In this document: positions 1 to 11,300 of the stretch, piece after piece
How the letters are laid out: each line of letters starts with the position of its first letter
Numbering within the stretch: the first letter of the stretch is position 1
Origin: a virus
Taxonomy: Duplodnaviria; Caudoviricetes
IMG/VR virus record: IMGVR_UViG_3300046171_000001
Span: 1-37,115 of that record
Direction: 5' to 3' (one strand)
DNA: 37,115 nt
Program-made: the position numbers and the translations under genes
Notes under the pieces: model-generated
The model's input: the letters and a program-made list of their open reading frames with translations, nothing else
The model's database searches: none
What the model was told of the DNA's origin: nothing

Positions 1-292
1 CTATATCTGATTTTACTTTAGCAATAGCATCTTCCCAGTTAGTAGTACCATTAACTTTATCCCAGTATTGCATATCTAGCTGTTCTTGAATTGATGGATA
101 AGCAGTTGCTCTATCTCTTTGATATTGGTTAGCATCATACTCTGCTTGTACCTCTACCATTTTAGCTTCTATGTCAGCTTTAGAAATAGGTGTTGTTCCA
201 TTGTGCCATTCTATTTCACAAGTGTTAATATCATCTCCTCTAACAACTACTTTTGCGTTAGGATTTATTTTAAGTATTGCTTCTATAATCAT
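1..292 (-). CDS. Tail fibre assembly/chaperone-like protein, 3' end outside window
   Basis: Not in ORF track. My translation: MIIEAILKINPNAKV...YQRDRATAYPSIQEQLDMQYWD...WEDAIAKVKSDI. The YPSxxEQLD...W motif is shared with 1926..2249; ATGA overlap with the upstream gene. Confidence 0.7.
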   Translation of the reverse strand, partial: MIIEAILKINPNAKVVVRGDDINTCEIEWHNGTTPISKADIEAKMVEVQAEYDANQYQRDRATAYPSIQEQLDMQYWDKVNGTTNWEDAIAKVKSDI

Positions 293-762
293 CCTGCTAT
301 CTCCATTGCAACTATAGAACTTGTTGAACTATTTGATTGTGCTACTACTGTTCCCCCACCACCACTAGATGCAAATTGAACTTTGTAAGTTGTTGCTGAT
401 GTTGTTGATGGTGTATCTAAAAAATTACAACTTTCTCCATCAAAATCTGCTGCACTACTATAAGAAGCATATCTAGCAAAATCACAAAGAGTAGTTGATC
501 CTCTCAATAATCTACAAGTAACACCTTCAGCAGCAGAAGTGTTATAAACTGCTTGTTGGCAAACTGCGATATAAACTTTAGAAGAAGAATTGCTTGGTGT
601 TATAGTTACAGTTAATCCACTATCAACAAATCCACCAGTACCATTACTTGTTTGATTGTCGTAAGTTGCACTAACAACTTGCAAAACCTTACCAGTAGTA
701 ATAGCTGCTGGTAAAGCAGTTATAGCTGATATTGTATTATTGTTTGGTTTAATTATTGCCAT
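289..762 (-). CDS. Small tail-fibre/receptor-binding module
   Basis: Ser/Thr/Gly-rich beta protein with GKVLQVV...ITPS..SSK...YKVQ...MEIAG pattern typical of marine phage tail modules; next to a chaperone gene. Confidence 0.65.
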   Translation of the reverse strand: MAIIKPNNNTISAITALPAAITTGKVLQVVSATYDNQTSNGTGGFVDSGLTVTITPSNSSSKVYIAVCQQAVYNTSAAEGVTCRLLRGSTTLCDFARYASYSSAADFDGESCNFLDTPSTTSATTYKVQFASSGGGGTVVAQSNSSTSSIVAMEIAG

Positions 763-1017
763 TAGTTATTCTCTTGATTAGCTTTAAAAGTTGCATAAGC
801 ATCTTTAACATCTTGTGTCCAAACTGCGTTACATACTGCTTGAACTTCTGTGTGTTCAGATGATATGTCTGCTGTCTGGCATTAAAGCATGTCTATGATA
901 CTTTCTTGATAATTCGTTGCCATCTTCAATAATTACAGTATCAGTTCTTACTTGAACCGATTTGTATTTTCCGACCACTTCGATTTTACCAATCTGTGTC
1001 TCTTTAGTTATTGCCAT
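762..1017 (-). pseudogene. Small tail-associated protein (~84 aa) with an apparent +1 frameshift near 873
   Basis: MAITKETQIGKIEVVG...HRHALMPD continues as ADISSEHTEVQAVCNAVWT...ENN* if one base near 873 is removed; GGAG RBS upstream; TAATG overlap downstream. Possibly a sequencing error. Confidence 0.7.
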
Positions 1018-1038
1018 GTGTTGTCTCCTGTGTTGTTG

Positions 1039-1914
1039 TTAAACTTCATAAGTAAATCCTAAAGCAACTATATTTTTACTGCTACCACTTAAAAAATCGC
1101 TTCCTTGTAAATTAGCTGCTTCACCATCGTATGCTTGTTTATATACACTTATTACTGTTGAATTTTCATTTGTTCTAAATTGAAAAGTACTAAAATTAGT
1201 AGCCCATCTATAAGCAATACCGACAGCTGCTCCACCTTCATAACCAGATTTTTGAGTAAAAGGTAACCCTGTAATAGATGCAGATCCACTTGGAGAAGAT
1301 GTACTACTTGTAGCAAGTACAAGTCTGCAAGAAACCATTCTACCAACTTTTGTATAAACTCCAGTTTGTGTAGCAATACCGACAGAACCACCACCAGAAA
1401 AATACCAAGCTGGTGTAAAAGTTCCTTCTTCGTAATCATCTAAAAGATTAGCTGCTGTTGCAGAATTAACTCCTAAATAAATTCCAGCACTAGCATTTGC
1501 TGGAAGTAAATCATTGTTGCTTCCATTTTCAGACCAACCATTTAATCCAGCTGCTGCAAAAGTATTATCTCCTCTTAAAAAAGTTGTAGCATCTTTAGTT
1601 CCTGTTGCTGAAAGTTTATCAAGAGAAACAGTACCATCTGCTGGAGTAGTAATTAATCCAACTCCATAGTGTAATACAAAATCGCAAGTAGAAGTTCCTG
1701 CTACTGCTGTTCCAAAATCTATTGTTGAACCAGATACAGTAAAGTTACCAGCTTGAACTACACCATCAATACTAAGTAATAATGTGTTAGCAGAACTAGG
1801 TGTAAAATTACTTCCACCTTTTTGTAATGTGTAACTAGAACTACCATCAAAGGTAATGTTATCTAGTACCTCTACATTGCTTATCTTGTCTGTATCTCTA
1901 CCTATATACGGCAT
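1039..1914 (-). CDS. Tail fibre protein
   Basis: MPYIG N-terminus, IDGVVQ beta repeat, FLRGDNT linker, then a DDYEEGTFTP...YTKVGRMV...GLPF C-terminal tail-tip domain. Confidence 0.75.
   Translation of the reverse strand: MPYIGRDTDKISNVEVLDNITFDGSSSYTLQKGGSNFTPSSANTLLLSIDGVVQAGNFTVSGSTIDFGTAVAGTSTCDFVLHYGVGLITTPADGTVSLDKLSATGTKDATTFLRGDNTFAAAGLNGWSENGSNNDLLPANASAGIYLGVNSATAANLLDDYEEGTFTPAWYFSGGGSVGIATQTGVYTKVGRMVSCRLVLATSSTSSPSGSASITGLPFTQKSGYEGGAAVGIAYRWATNFSTFQFRTNENSTVISVYKQAYDGEAANLQGSDFLSGSSKNIVALGFTYEV
1555..1617 (-). repeat. Copy 1 of 21-aa linker KLSATGTKDATTFLRGDNTFA
   Basis: Identical peptide, synonymously diverged DNA, also at 3241..3303. Confidence 0.9.
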
Positions 1915-1925
1915 TAATTATTCCT

Positions 1926-2249
1926 TTAACTCTTTGGGTTATTATCTTTTACACTTTGTATTCTTGTTTTCCAAGCATCAATATCATGGTAGATTTCATC
2001 TAACTGATCTCCCCAAGAACCATATTGACTTATTCTTGTTGCATCGACTGTTGCATTACTCTCAGCAGTATTTGCAGTAGTTTCATAAGATGCTAATTGC
2101 TCATCAGTTGGTTGTGCAATATCTAAGTTCCATTCTTTGATATACGCACCTTGACCATCATCTTGCAACTTAACATCTTCTAAGAAATCTACATCACTAA
2201 CATTGTTAGCTTTGCAGTATTCTTTTATTTTGTTACTTAGTTGTGCCAT
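1926..2249 (-). CDS. XkdW-like tail fibre chaperone
   Basis: LQDDGQGAYIKEWNL..AQPT and YGSWGDQLD...W...VK...PK motifs; follows tail module genes. Confidence 0.65.
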   Translation of the reverse strand: MAQLSNKIKEYCKANNVSDVDFLEDVKLQDDGQGAYIKEWNLDIAQPTDEQLASYETTANTAESNATVDATRISQYGSWGDQLDEIYHDIDAWKTRIQSVKDNNPKS

Positions 2250-2267
2250 AGTTTTACCTCCTTAATT

Positions 2268-2807
2268 TTATGTTGTTGATATTAAAAATGCGTAAAAATT
2301 AGAGTTTCCACTTTCAACTCCAGTATTATTTCCACTTACAGTTCTTCCATAACCAAATACTTCTAAATAATCTGAACTTCCATTCATTGTTACTATTGCT
2401 GATGTACTTACATTTCCAAATTGTCCAGGATTACCAGAATAACCAATAGCACCTCTTGTATTCGACATATTTGAACCATTTTTATATATAAAACATTGGA
2501 TATTTTCTAAATCGGTAGTTCCAAATTGTAAAGTTGCGTACATAGAAAAGTTTACACTAACAAAATATTTTCCAGCAGTTTGAGGTGTAAATCTGTAATT
2601 ACTTGATGGATCGTATGCTGAAGCACTATCTAAAATTTCATTATTCATTTGAATTTTTGTTACTGTATTATTTGATATTTGTTGATCTCCAGATTTACCA
2701 GCAAAAAAATATGGTGCATTACTTTCCCCAGCACCAGTTACAGTTCCTGTAAAATCGTAAGTGTCTGCTAGGTTAAGACTTTCAGATTGTATTTTTGTTA
2801 TTGCCAT
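2268..2807 (-). CDS. Tail module with C1q/TNF-like jelly-roll domain
   Basis: F.A...YD....RFTP..AGKY...IYKNGS...NGSSDYLEVF pattern. Confidence 0.65.
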   Translation of the reverse strand: MAITKIQSESLNLADTYDFTGTVTGAGESNAPYFFAGKSGDQQISNNTVTKIQMNNEILDSASAYDPSSNYRFTPQTAGKYFVSVNFSMYATLQFGTTDLENIQCFIYKNGSNMSNTRGAIGYSGNPGQFGNVSTSAIVTMNGSSDYLEVFGYGRTVSGNNTGVESGNSNFYAFLISTT

Positions 2808-2819
2808 AATTTATTTTCC

Positions 2820-3621
2820 TTATTCTATAATTCTGTGTGCAGCAAAGATAACTCCACTAGCACCTCCACCACCAACTTGTTGTCCAGTAGTTACGTTTCC
2901 ATATATTTCAAAGTAATCACTTGAACCATTTGCTTGTTCTGTTGTACTTCCATAAAAACCATAAGCACCACTTTCTGGAAAATCTATATATTTAGCTTCA
3001 GAACCATTTTTATATAAAATAAAACGACCACCAGAAGCAAAACTTTGAAACCCAGTTCCTCCAAAAAATACATATTTTCCAGCTACATTAGGTGTAAATC
3101 TACTAGTGCTAGTATCATAGCAATTATTTGAATCATAAGTTTCAATACTAAAATTTAATTTTGTATTAGTGCCTGAAGATAAAGTTTGTAAAGTTGAATT
3201 AGTAGCAGAAAAGTTTGGAGTGTTAGTTCCACCAGCAGACAGCAAATGTGTTATCTCCTCTTAAAAATGTAGTTGCGTCTTTTGTACCAGTAGCAGATAA
3301 TTTTCCTAAAGCGATTGAACCATCACTTATTTGTGATGCACCTACTGAACCAACTGGAGGATTTACTGTTTGAACAGCTTTACCTAAAAACACACAGTAC
3401 ATATCATCTGATGCAGATGTAGCACTTGTTAAAGTTAAAGTAGTATTCGTTGCAGTATAAGCAGTTGTAGGTTCTTGACGAACAAAATTAATAAATAATG
3501 CAATTTCATTTTCGTTAGTTACAGGATGGTCAAGTGTGTAAGATGTAGTCGCACTTGTAGTGAAGTCTTGCTTTGCAAAACTTGTGTAACTTAATGCTGG
3601 TTGATTTCCAATAAACGGCAT
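2820..3621 (-). pseudogene. Tail fibre with C-terminal C1q-like domain, apparent +1 frameshift near 3240
   Basis: ORF 3223..3621 (MPFIG...RGDNTFA) joins ORF 2820..3245 (SAGGTNTPNF...) on removing one base, matching the architecture of 1039..1914. Confidence 0.75.
3241..3303 (-). repeat. Copy 2 of 21-aa linker KLSATGTKDATTFLRGDNTFA
   Basis: Same peptide as 1555..1617. Confidence 0.9.
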
Positions 3622-3628
3622 TAATCTC

Positions 3629-3955
3629 CTATGTACTTATTGCATCTACTGTAGATACCCAAACATCTAAAGATGAAGCTGTATCTGATATTACTTTTAA
3701 AGCATCACCAGATTGAACTACAAACTTTGCTCCACCATCTAAAACTTGTAATGATGAACCACTTGGTATTGGTGCATCTTTAACAAGATAGATGTCGTTA
3801 GCACCATCATTAATATAAACTGAAGCTATAACTGATGAACCAGTTACATTTGAAACTGATATACCTACAACAGTATCGTAACTGTCTGAAGTAAATAGAG
3901 TTGATGCTGATGTTCCTACATCATTACTTGTGTATCTTCTAAAATTTTGTGCCAT
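3629..3955 (-). CDS. Virion/tail-associated beta protein, possible adaptor
   Basis: 108-aa beta-rich ORF with AAGGA RBS directly after the main tail fibre. Confidence 0.6.
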   Translation of the reverse strand: MAQNFRRYTSNDVGTSASTLFTSDSYDTVVGISVSNVTGSSVIASVYINDGANDIYLVKDAPIPSGSSLQVLDGGAKFVVQSGDALKVISDTASSLDVWVSTVDAIST

Positions 3956-3969
3956 ATATTATCCTTATA

Positions 3970-5349
3970 CTACAGGGCGATTGCCATTGCAATGCTAAAC
4001 CCATTGGTTGCTAAATTAGATGTATCAACTGCTTCAACTGGTGACCAACTTGATCCATTATAATATTTAATAACATTAGTTGTTGTATTAAAATATAAAG
4101 CCCCATTTAACAAAGCATCCCCATCATTGTCTAATGTTGGATCACTTGCTTTTGGCCCTAAATATCTATCATCAAAATTATCATATGCTGTTTCAGCCGC
4201 AGTAGCAGAATTGGCCGCAGATGTAGCGGAACTAGCGGATGCAGTTGCAGAATTAGCAGAATTAGTTTCTGATGTACTTGCGGCGGTTGCCGAGTTAGAT
4301 GCGTTGGTTGCTGATGTAGATGCTGATGACGCTGAACTTGCGGCGTTTGTAGCTGATGTGGATGCTTCACTAGCTTTTGTAGTTGCTGTAGTTGCTGAAC
4401 TGGCCGCAGACGTAGCAGAATTGGATGCGTTTGTTGCGCTGGTAGCGGCGTTAGTTTCGCTGGTAGCCGCATTAGTTTCACTTGTTTGAGCATTGGTTGC
4501 CGCAGTAGATGCTGTTGTTGCACTAGCCGCCGCATTTGTTTCTGAAGTTGCCGCATTGGTTTCGCTAGTTGCCGCATTGGTAGCTGAAGTTGCCGCCGCA
4601 GTAGCGGATGTAGCCGCATTAGTTTCTGATGTAGCCGCCGCACTTGCACTTGCCGCCGCCGCAGTTGCAGATGATGTTGCACTTTCTGCATCAACTAATA
4701 AAGACCATTTAGCAACATCCGTATTAGATGAAATAGGTTGTGCGCCACTTGAAGTATGTGCTGTTATACAAATATAAATATTTCCATTAGATGTATCTTT
4801 TATAATATCTCTTTGAGCATATGTTTCACCAGATGTCCAATTGCCTTGAAATTGCCCTAATTCTTGAGCAACTGATAATTCACCTGTACTATCAAATGCA
4901 AGAACTTTGTTAGCACGTTCTGTAGCACCAACTGTAAATTCAGTTGATGTCATAGTATTTGTTCTTGATAGTTTAATTGATCTGTCTGCTTCTTCTTGAA
5001 TTTCTTGTACTAATGATACTGATTTATCAAATGCACCTTCTACTGTTTCTGCACTAAAAGGATCATTTTCTACTAAGTCTAATTCTTGAGTTTGTGTAGT
5101 TGAACGTCTAATAACTAATGTTTCACTAGATAAAGGTGCAACAACCATAGTTACATTTCCACCACCTGCATCACCTGCACCGCTAACTGTGTAATCAGTT
5201 GATAAAGTTTTTAATGTTTCAGTTCCAAGAGATGATCTAACAAGAACCTGTATATCAGCATCCGTATTTATCTTAAAAGTATATGGAAATACTGTTTGTG
5301 AATTATCACCAGAATAACTGTTTTTTATAATAGTAGTAGTAATTGTCAT
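3970..5349 (-). CDS. Main tail fibre: T7 gp17-like N-terminal anchor plus Ala/Ser/Thr heptad stalk
   Basis: YSGD...FPYTF....D.QV...DYTV N-terminus, about 22 AATSETN-like heptads, hydrophobic IAMAIAL end. Confidence 0.8.
   Translation of the reverse strand: MTITTTIIKNSYSGDNSQTVFPYTFKINTDADIQVLVRSSLGTETLKTLSTDYTVSGAGDAGGGNVTMVVAPLSSETLVIRRSTTQTQELDLVENDPFSAETVEGAFDKSVSLVQEIQEEADRSIKLSRTNTMTSTEFTVGATERANKVLAFDSTGELSVAQELGQFQGNWTSGETYAQRDIIKDTSNGNIYICITAHTSSGAQPISSNTDVAKWSLLVDAESATSSATAAAASASAAATSETNAATSATAAATSATNAATSETNAATSETNAAASATTASTAATNAQTSETNAATSETNAATSATNASNSATSAASSATTATTKASEASTSATNAASSASSASTSATNASNSATAASTSETNSANSATASASSATSAANSATAAETAYDNFDDRYLGPKASDPTLDNDGDALLNGALYFNTTTNVIKYYNGSSWSPVEAVDTSNLATNGFSIAMAIAL
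4180..4690 (-). repeat. Degenerate 21-bp coding tandem repeat (AATSETN heptads)
   Basis: Visible in translation; explains the shadow ORFs 4127..4489, 4158..4694 and 4493..4777. Confidence 0.9.
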
Positions 5350-5351
5350 AA

Positions 5352-8300
5352 TTATTCCTCTATTTTATCAGATTTTTGTTCTTTAATAAAGTTAATAGGA
5401 TATGTATTATCAGTTTTTTCTATAAACTCAACTAACTTCATAATCATAATAGCTTGTTTTTTACTGTCTGTTTCAGTTAAAAAATCTTGTAACAATACAG
5501 TTCCACCAGCCATTTGAGATAATCTGTCAATTAATAATTTATTAGTTTTTAAACTTTCACTTCTTGCTAATAATGCCATTTTATGTTTATTTGTTAATGG
5601 TTCACCTGTAGTTAAATTTACAATAGCTTCTTTAAAATCAAGTGTAACTTGAGCATTTTCTTTTTCGTATTGTTGTAATCCACCTTCAGAATTTTCCATA
5701 TATCCTACTATTGGATTATTACCAATTTTTACAAATCTATTAAGTATTCTACCTACTACTGGCATATCAAGCATTTCTTCTAATTCTGAAGATATTTCTT
5801 CAAAGTTATTGCTTTTGAATTTATATAAACCTTGACCAGAATAAGTATTAAAGAACCATTTTAATAATTCTTTGTTTTTTCTAGCATCATCTGCTTTATC
5901 AGTTGTTTTATCAATTGCAGTTGTACCTCTAAAATCATCATATGGAGTAGTACCATTCATCCAACCAATAACATCACCAAATAAACTAAATACTGGGTTC
6001 ATAGAAGGTAAACCAGAACTACCTAAATAACCAAACAAATCAGCAGGTGTTTCAAATGTACCTGTCTTTCCATCATCACCAATACTCATTGCTTTGTATA
6101 AAAATCCATTAATTAATCTAGATGTTTCGTCTTGTGGTATTCTTAAATATACTGGTCTTCCATCTTGTGTTTCACCTAAAACAATTGGAATGTAATTTAT
6201 TTTATCCCAATCAGATATACCGTATTTATAAACCATACCTAACGAAGCACCAAATAATCCTACTTCCATCATTTTTTGTAAAATTTTAGGCATTACGTTA
6301 TAAGCTATAAACTTACCACCAACTGATGCAGGGTCTTCTCTAAACCTAGTTATATCTGCTCTCCAACCTTCTTTAAATGCATTAGAATATAAATATAAAT
6401 TATTAGTAAATGCATTTAATCTACCTTGTCTTAAAAAGTTTGGTGATCCTACTTCCGATTGTATTCTTAACATCATTTCTTTATCATTCATTTTTAAATC
6501 ACCTCTTTTAATTGCATCTCTTAAATACATAGTTCCTGCAATTTTAGGTGTTCTTTCAAACATTCTAGCAAAGTTACCTAGTGTAGAAAATAAATGACCA
6601 AACGTATCATTCCAAAATTTATCAAATCCTTTTTTCTTTTGCATATCACCAAGTAATCTTTCAAGCATATATGTGTCTGGATCAAGACCCTTCATTAATG
6701 CTTTACTACCTGCTTGTCCTCTATATCCTTCATTCATAGAGATTAAAAAACCTTCACTTTCCATCCATCTAGTAAGTTCAGTACCATCTTTAAAAATAGA
6801 TTGGTATGCAGGTTTAACTGCTTTAAAGTAATATTTTAATAATGAGTTTTTACCTTTACCAGCAATATCAATATATCTAGCACCTTTTAATAATTTAACT
6901 GATCTGTTTAAATCTCTACCCAAGTTGATTGGCCAAAAAGCAGGATTATATTCTGTAAACATTTTTCTAAATACATCACCTGTTCCTGTCATAATTTTGT
7001 ACATCATCATTGTACCGTTTGGATTTTCTTTAAATGATTGTGCTACAAATTTATTAACGTGCCAATGTTGCATCTTACCATCTTTCATGTAACTAAATTG
7101 TTCCATGCCTTTAGCTGGTTTTTCTAATTTACCTTCTCCAATAAATTTAGGTTTGTAAATAACTCTATCTGGTCTATATGCTTCTCCAGATTTTTTACCA
7201 TATGCTTCCATCCAATTTTTGTTTTCTTTTAACCATTTAACAGTTAAAGCCATTGTTCTATGTCTTTTGGCTTCAACCATTAACAACATATCTTTTTCAA
7301 GTGTTGCATTAAATACATTCATAATGTCATCAAATGTACCTTTTGATCCTTTTAAAAATCTTGTAGCGCTTGAGTTTGGCCCGTATTTTTCTATACGTTC
7401 TAACAAATATTTTCTTACGTTAAATGTAACGTATTCTTTATTGTTTTCTAATTTAGCAATTAGTTCTTTGTCATACATTCCACTTTCTTTTAATTCTGGA
7501 ATAACCATTTCTTGTCTAACTTTATAAAATTCATTTGTTAGTTCAAATAGTTGTGGATGTAATTTTACATAATAATCATATATTTCTTTTGCAGTTCTAT
7601 TACCTAATACTTTTGCTAAGTCTGGATTGACTTTCATAATACCTAGTGAATTAACTAATTTGTTTCTTTGTGAACTTTCAGCTATGTTTCTTAAAAATAA
7701 CATAGTACCAATATCAATACTGTTGTATCCCAATTCTTCTGCTGGTTTTACAACTTTACGCATCATATCATCTGTGTATCTTTTTAATTTAGCATGACGG
7801 TATCTGTAGTTTTCAATTGACCAGTTTAATTCTTTTGCTAATGGACTATGCCATCTATCACTACCAGTTCCTCTAAATCTTCTATATATCCAGAAAAAGT
7901 TATCAATTGCTTCAGTACCAAGAACATCAGCTAAATCTGGTTTGTAATCTTTTTCTATTCTTTTAATTGTAGCTTCATTAGTTTCTCTAAACATATTACC
8001 AATGTCAGATACTACTTTACTTAATCTTTTATCTGTTCCAGATTTTAAATCTATTTGTATTCTTTCCCAGTTTGCTCTTACTTCTGGTCTAGCATCCATA
8101 TAATGCATCCACATTTCCCATGTTCTAGGTGCATTGTTTTTAACCCATTGTGGTCTTAGCATAAATGCCATCATAAAATCTGCCATTAGTTCTCTAGGGC
8201 CATCTCTATATTCTGTGTATTTTTGAGATGCGGCTCTATCAAAAGGTTTCCATTTTGCAGATAAATTTTTAAGTTCTGTAGTAATCCATTCTTTATTAAC

Positions 8301-11300
8301 TAATCCTCTTTCTTTAATTATTCTTTCAAATTTATCTTTAAAGATTTTGTATGCTTCATTAGTCAATCTGCTGTCACTAGGTTTACCATTAATTTTATCT
8401 GCAATAGCTTTCATATGATGTGACATCAGACCCTTCATTGCATCTTTAACTACTAATTTTTTAACTTCAGCAGGTAGTTTTACAAATGCATTATAAAAAT
8501 CTGGATTAATCTTTTCTCTAGCAGATGCATCATTAAATATTTTAAGTATAGTATCTGGTGTAATTTCTAACTGTTTAATTTCTGCGTTAGTTTCTTTTTC
8601 TTTAGCTTTTGCTTCTTTTATAGCGGCACTTTTTATAGCTTCTATTTCTTTAGCACTTAATGGTTTTGCACCTTCATTTTTACCATCAATCCATTTATTC
8701 ATATAACCTTTTAAAGCGGCTATAGAACCTAATATATTACCTCTTGATAATGTAGCATTTGGTAAATAATCAATTAAATGTCCTAATTCATGTGCAAACG
8801 TCATTAAAAATTGTTCTGGGTTTTTTTGTAATGCTTCGTTGATAACTATTCTAGGTGATTTCTTTCCTTTAAATTGGAAATAACCATTTAGACCTGTTGG
8901 TAAGTTATTTAGTTCTGGTGATTTTTTAACAAATGCTTTGTATAATTCTACAAGATCAATCATATCTAAACCTCTTGATGAATTAAATAGACCCTTCCAT
9001 TGAGCCGCATTATTTGCGTAGTCTGCTGGTAAATTCTTTTCTTGTGTAAATATATCTCTAGGTATTCCCCAGTTATCACCATCTTTACTACTGTTTACTC
9101 TATCAAAATACACACCATCTTTTGTTTTAAAAGTATCAAAATAATTAGTAGCTTGTGCATCTATTTCACCATTAATTTTTTCACCTTTTATAGTTGCAAG
9201 TATTTTACCGCTTTCTGGATGCAACATCATAATTACTTGTTTTGCATCACTACCCATCATATCAGCAGTTTTTATTGTTCCTTTATCATTAAATCTAATT
9301 AATTGTTCATAAGCTGATCTTGGTATAGCAACATTTTCATTACCTACTCTAACAATTAATTGTTCAACATTACCTTTTAAACCAAAAATTACTTCAACTT
9401 TTTTAGCAGTAGAAGATAATCCATTACGTTCTTTGTTAATTAATTCTTTAGCATTTTGGTATTCTGTTTTTAATTCTTTATTTTCTTTTAATCGTTTTGC
9501 TATTTCTGGATAAAATTTAGATTGAACAGTAATTGTTTCATTAGCAATTGTTTTACCATCTTTTGTAATAATTTTTATAGCACTACCTGTATCTCTAACA
9601 GCTAAGTCAGCATTGCTTTTAAATGTACTTTCTGTATAAATATTTTGTTTATTTTTTGTAACCTCAACAACATTAACATTAAATTCACCATTAGATTTTC
9701 TTTCAGCAAATGATGTATCTTTAGCAAAATTTATATTAATTTTGTCACCTTCTATTTTTACTTCAACAGGTTTGTTTGGTGCTTTTCTAACTTCACTTTC
9801 TAATACTGGTATTTTAGCACCATTTGTTTTTTCAATTATAACAACTTTTTCATTACCAATTGTTTCTTTACCAATTACTCTACCAACTTCTGTAGAAGAT
9901 GTAGATACATTAACAATTTCATTGTTTTTAAATTTAGGTGCAGGTAATAATTTAATATTAGCTTGTTTTTCTAATCCTTCTACAACTGTTTTAGCACCCT
10001 GTTCATAAAGAGTTGGCATTTGACCATTTTCTATTTGATGTCTAACAGTTACATCTTTTTCCATGTCTTTAATTACATCTCTAGGATGTCTGCCGTATTC
10101 AGTATAAATGTCTTTAAACATCTTCATACCTCGTATTGATCCATGTATTCCAAAAACCAAGACCGTAGCATGAGCAAAATCTCTCATTGTAGGTACATGA
10201 CCTTCTAATGCCGCACCTAATGTAGTCATCACAGCTATTTCTGATGAAAGTCTAGCTGTTGTACTACCTGTTAATGCTTTAACTTTTGCACCAACACCAA
10301 ATGTAGCACCACCAATTACTGCTGTTTTACCAGCAACTATTGCTGTTTTTTTATCCATGTAATGACTTAAAAATTCTGGAAATGATCCTACAAAATTATC
10401 TTCTATTGCTCTCATATAAGATGATCTAATTACTTCTGGTAATGCAAAACCACCAGCACCACATATAATAGGTAACGCAGGTGCGGCTGTACCTGCACTT
10501 CCAACTAAAGCTGTACCACCTGCCGCAAAACAACCTGCCGCCATAAATGGTAAATCATTTACTAACGTAACAGCAGATGCAACAATATCTTTATCAAATC
10601 TTTGTTCTTGAAACATAAATATTCTTTGTATTGCTTCTTTAGGATCAGCGTTAGGATCATCAATAAATACTTGATAATATCTATCTAGCATACCATTTAC
10701 AGATTGCTCGTAACCATTTGTAAATACGTTGTAATAACCTTTACCACCAAAAGCATTTAATACTTTATCACCAACATTTGCAGGTAATTTTTCTAATGCT
10801 TTAGTTACAATATTATCATTACCCCAATAAGCTAGTTGTGCAGTTTCATAATCATATTGATCTGTACCAAATTTATCAAAATATTTATCAGTTCTGTCTT
10901 TTAATTCTTGATTATCAACAAGTCTGTATTCTTGCCCTACACCTGCTTCTATGTCTTCTACTTTTTCATAATCAGCATGATGATATTCAATGTATAATTT
11001 TTTCATTGCATCAACATCACCGTTAGCAATTGCTTTAATTAATTGATCTGAACCAGCACGATTAAACTTTTCACTTTTAGGTATTTCTAAAAAATTAGCT
11101 AATGCTAATGCTTTTTGTTCATCTGGTGATAATCTTGTAGGGTCTTCATGTTTAAATGCTTCTGTTACCCAATAAGGTAATTCATAATCTTTATTTACTT
11201 TTCTATTTACGTTTATAAATCTATTTAAAGCAGTTCTAAAACCGCTTTTTCTAAATTGAAATAAACCACCAGCACTACCATCTGCATTATAAATATTTCT

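Noticed and set aside
1-3621. Diversity-generating retroelement or invertase shufflon acting on tail genes
   Set aside because: No reverse transcriptase or recombinase in the window; the repeat differs at synonymous sites, not adenine-specifically; all modules share one orientation.
4127-4777. Long alternative-frame and antisense ORFs (4127..4489, 4158..4694, 4493..4777)
   Set aside because: By-products of the stop-poor heptad repeat in the tail fibre.
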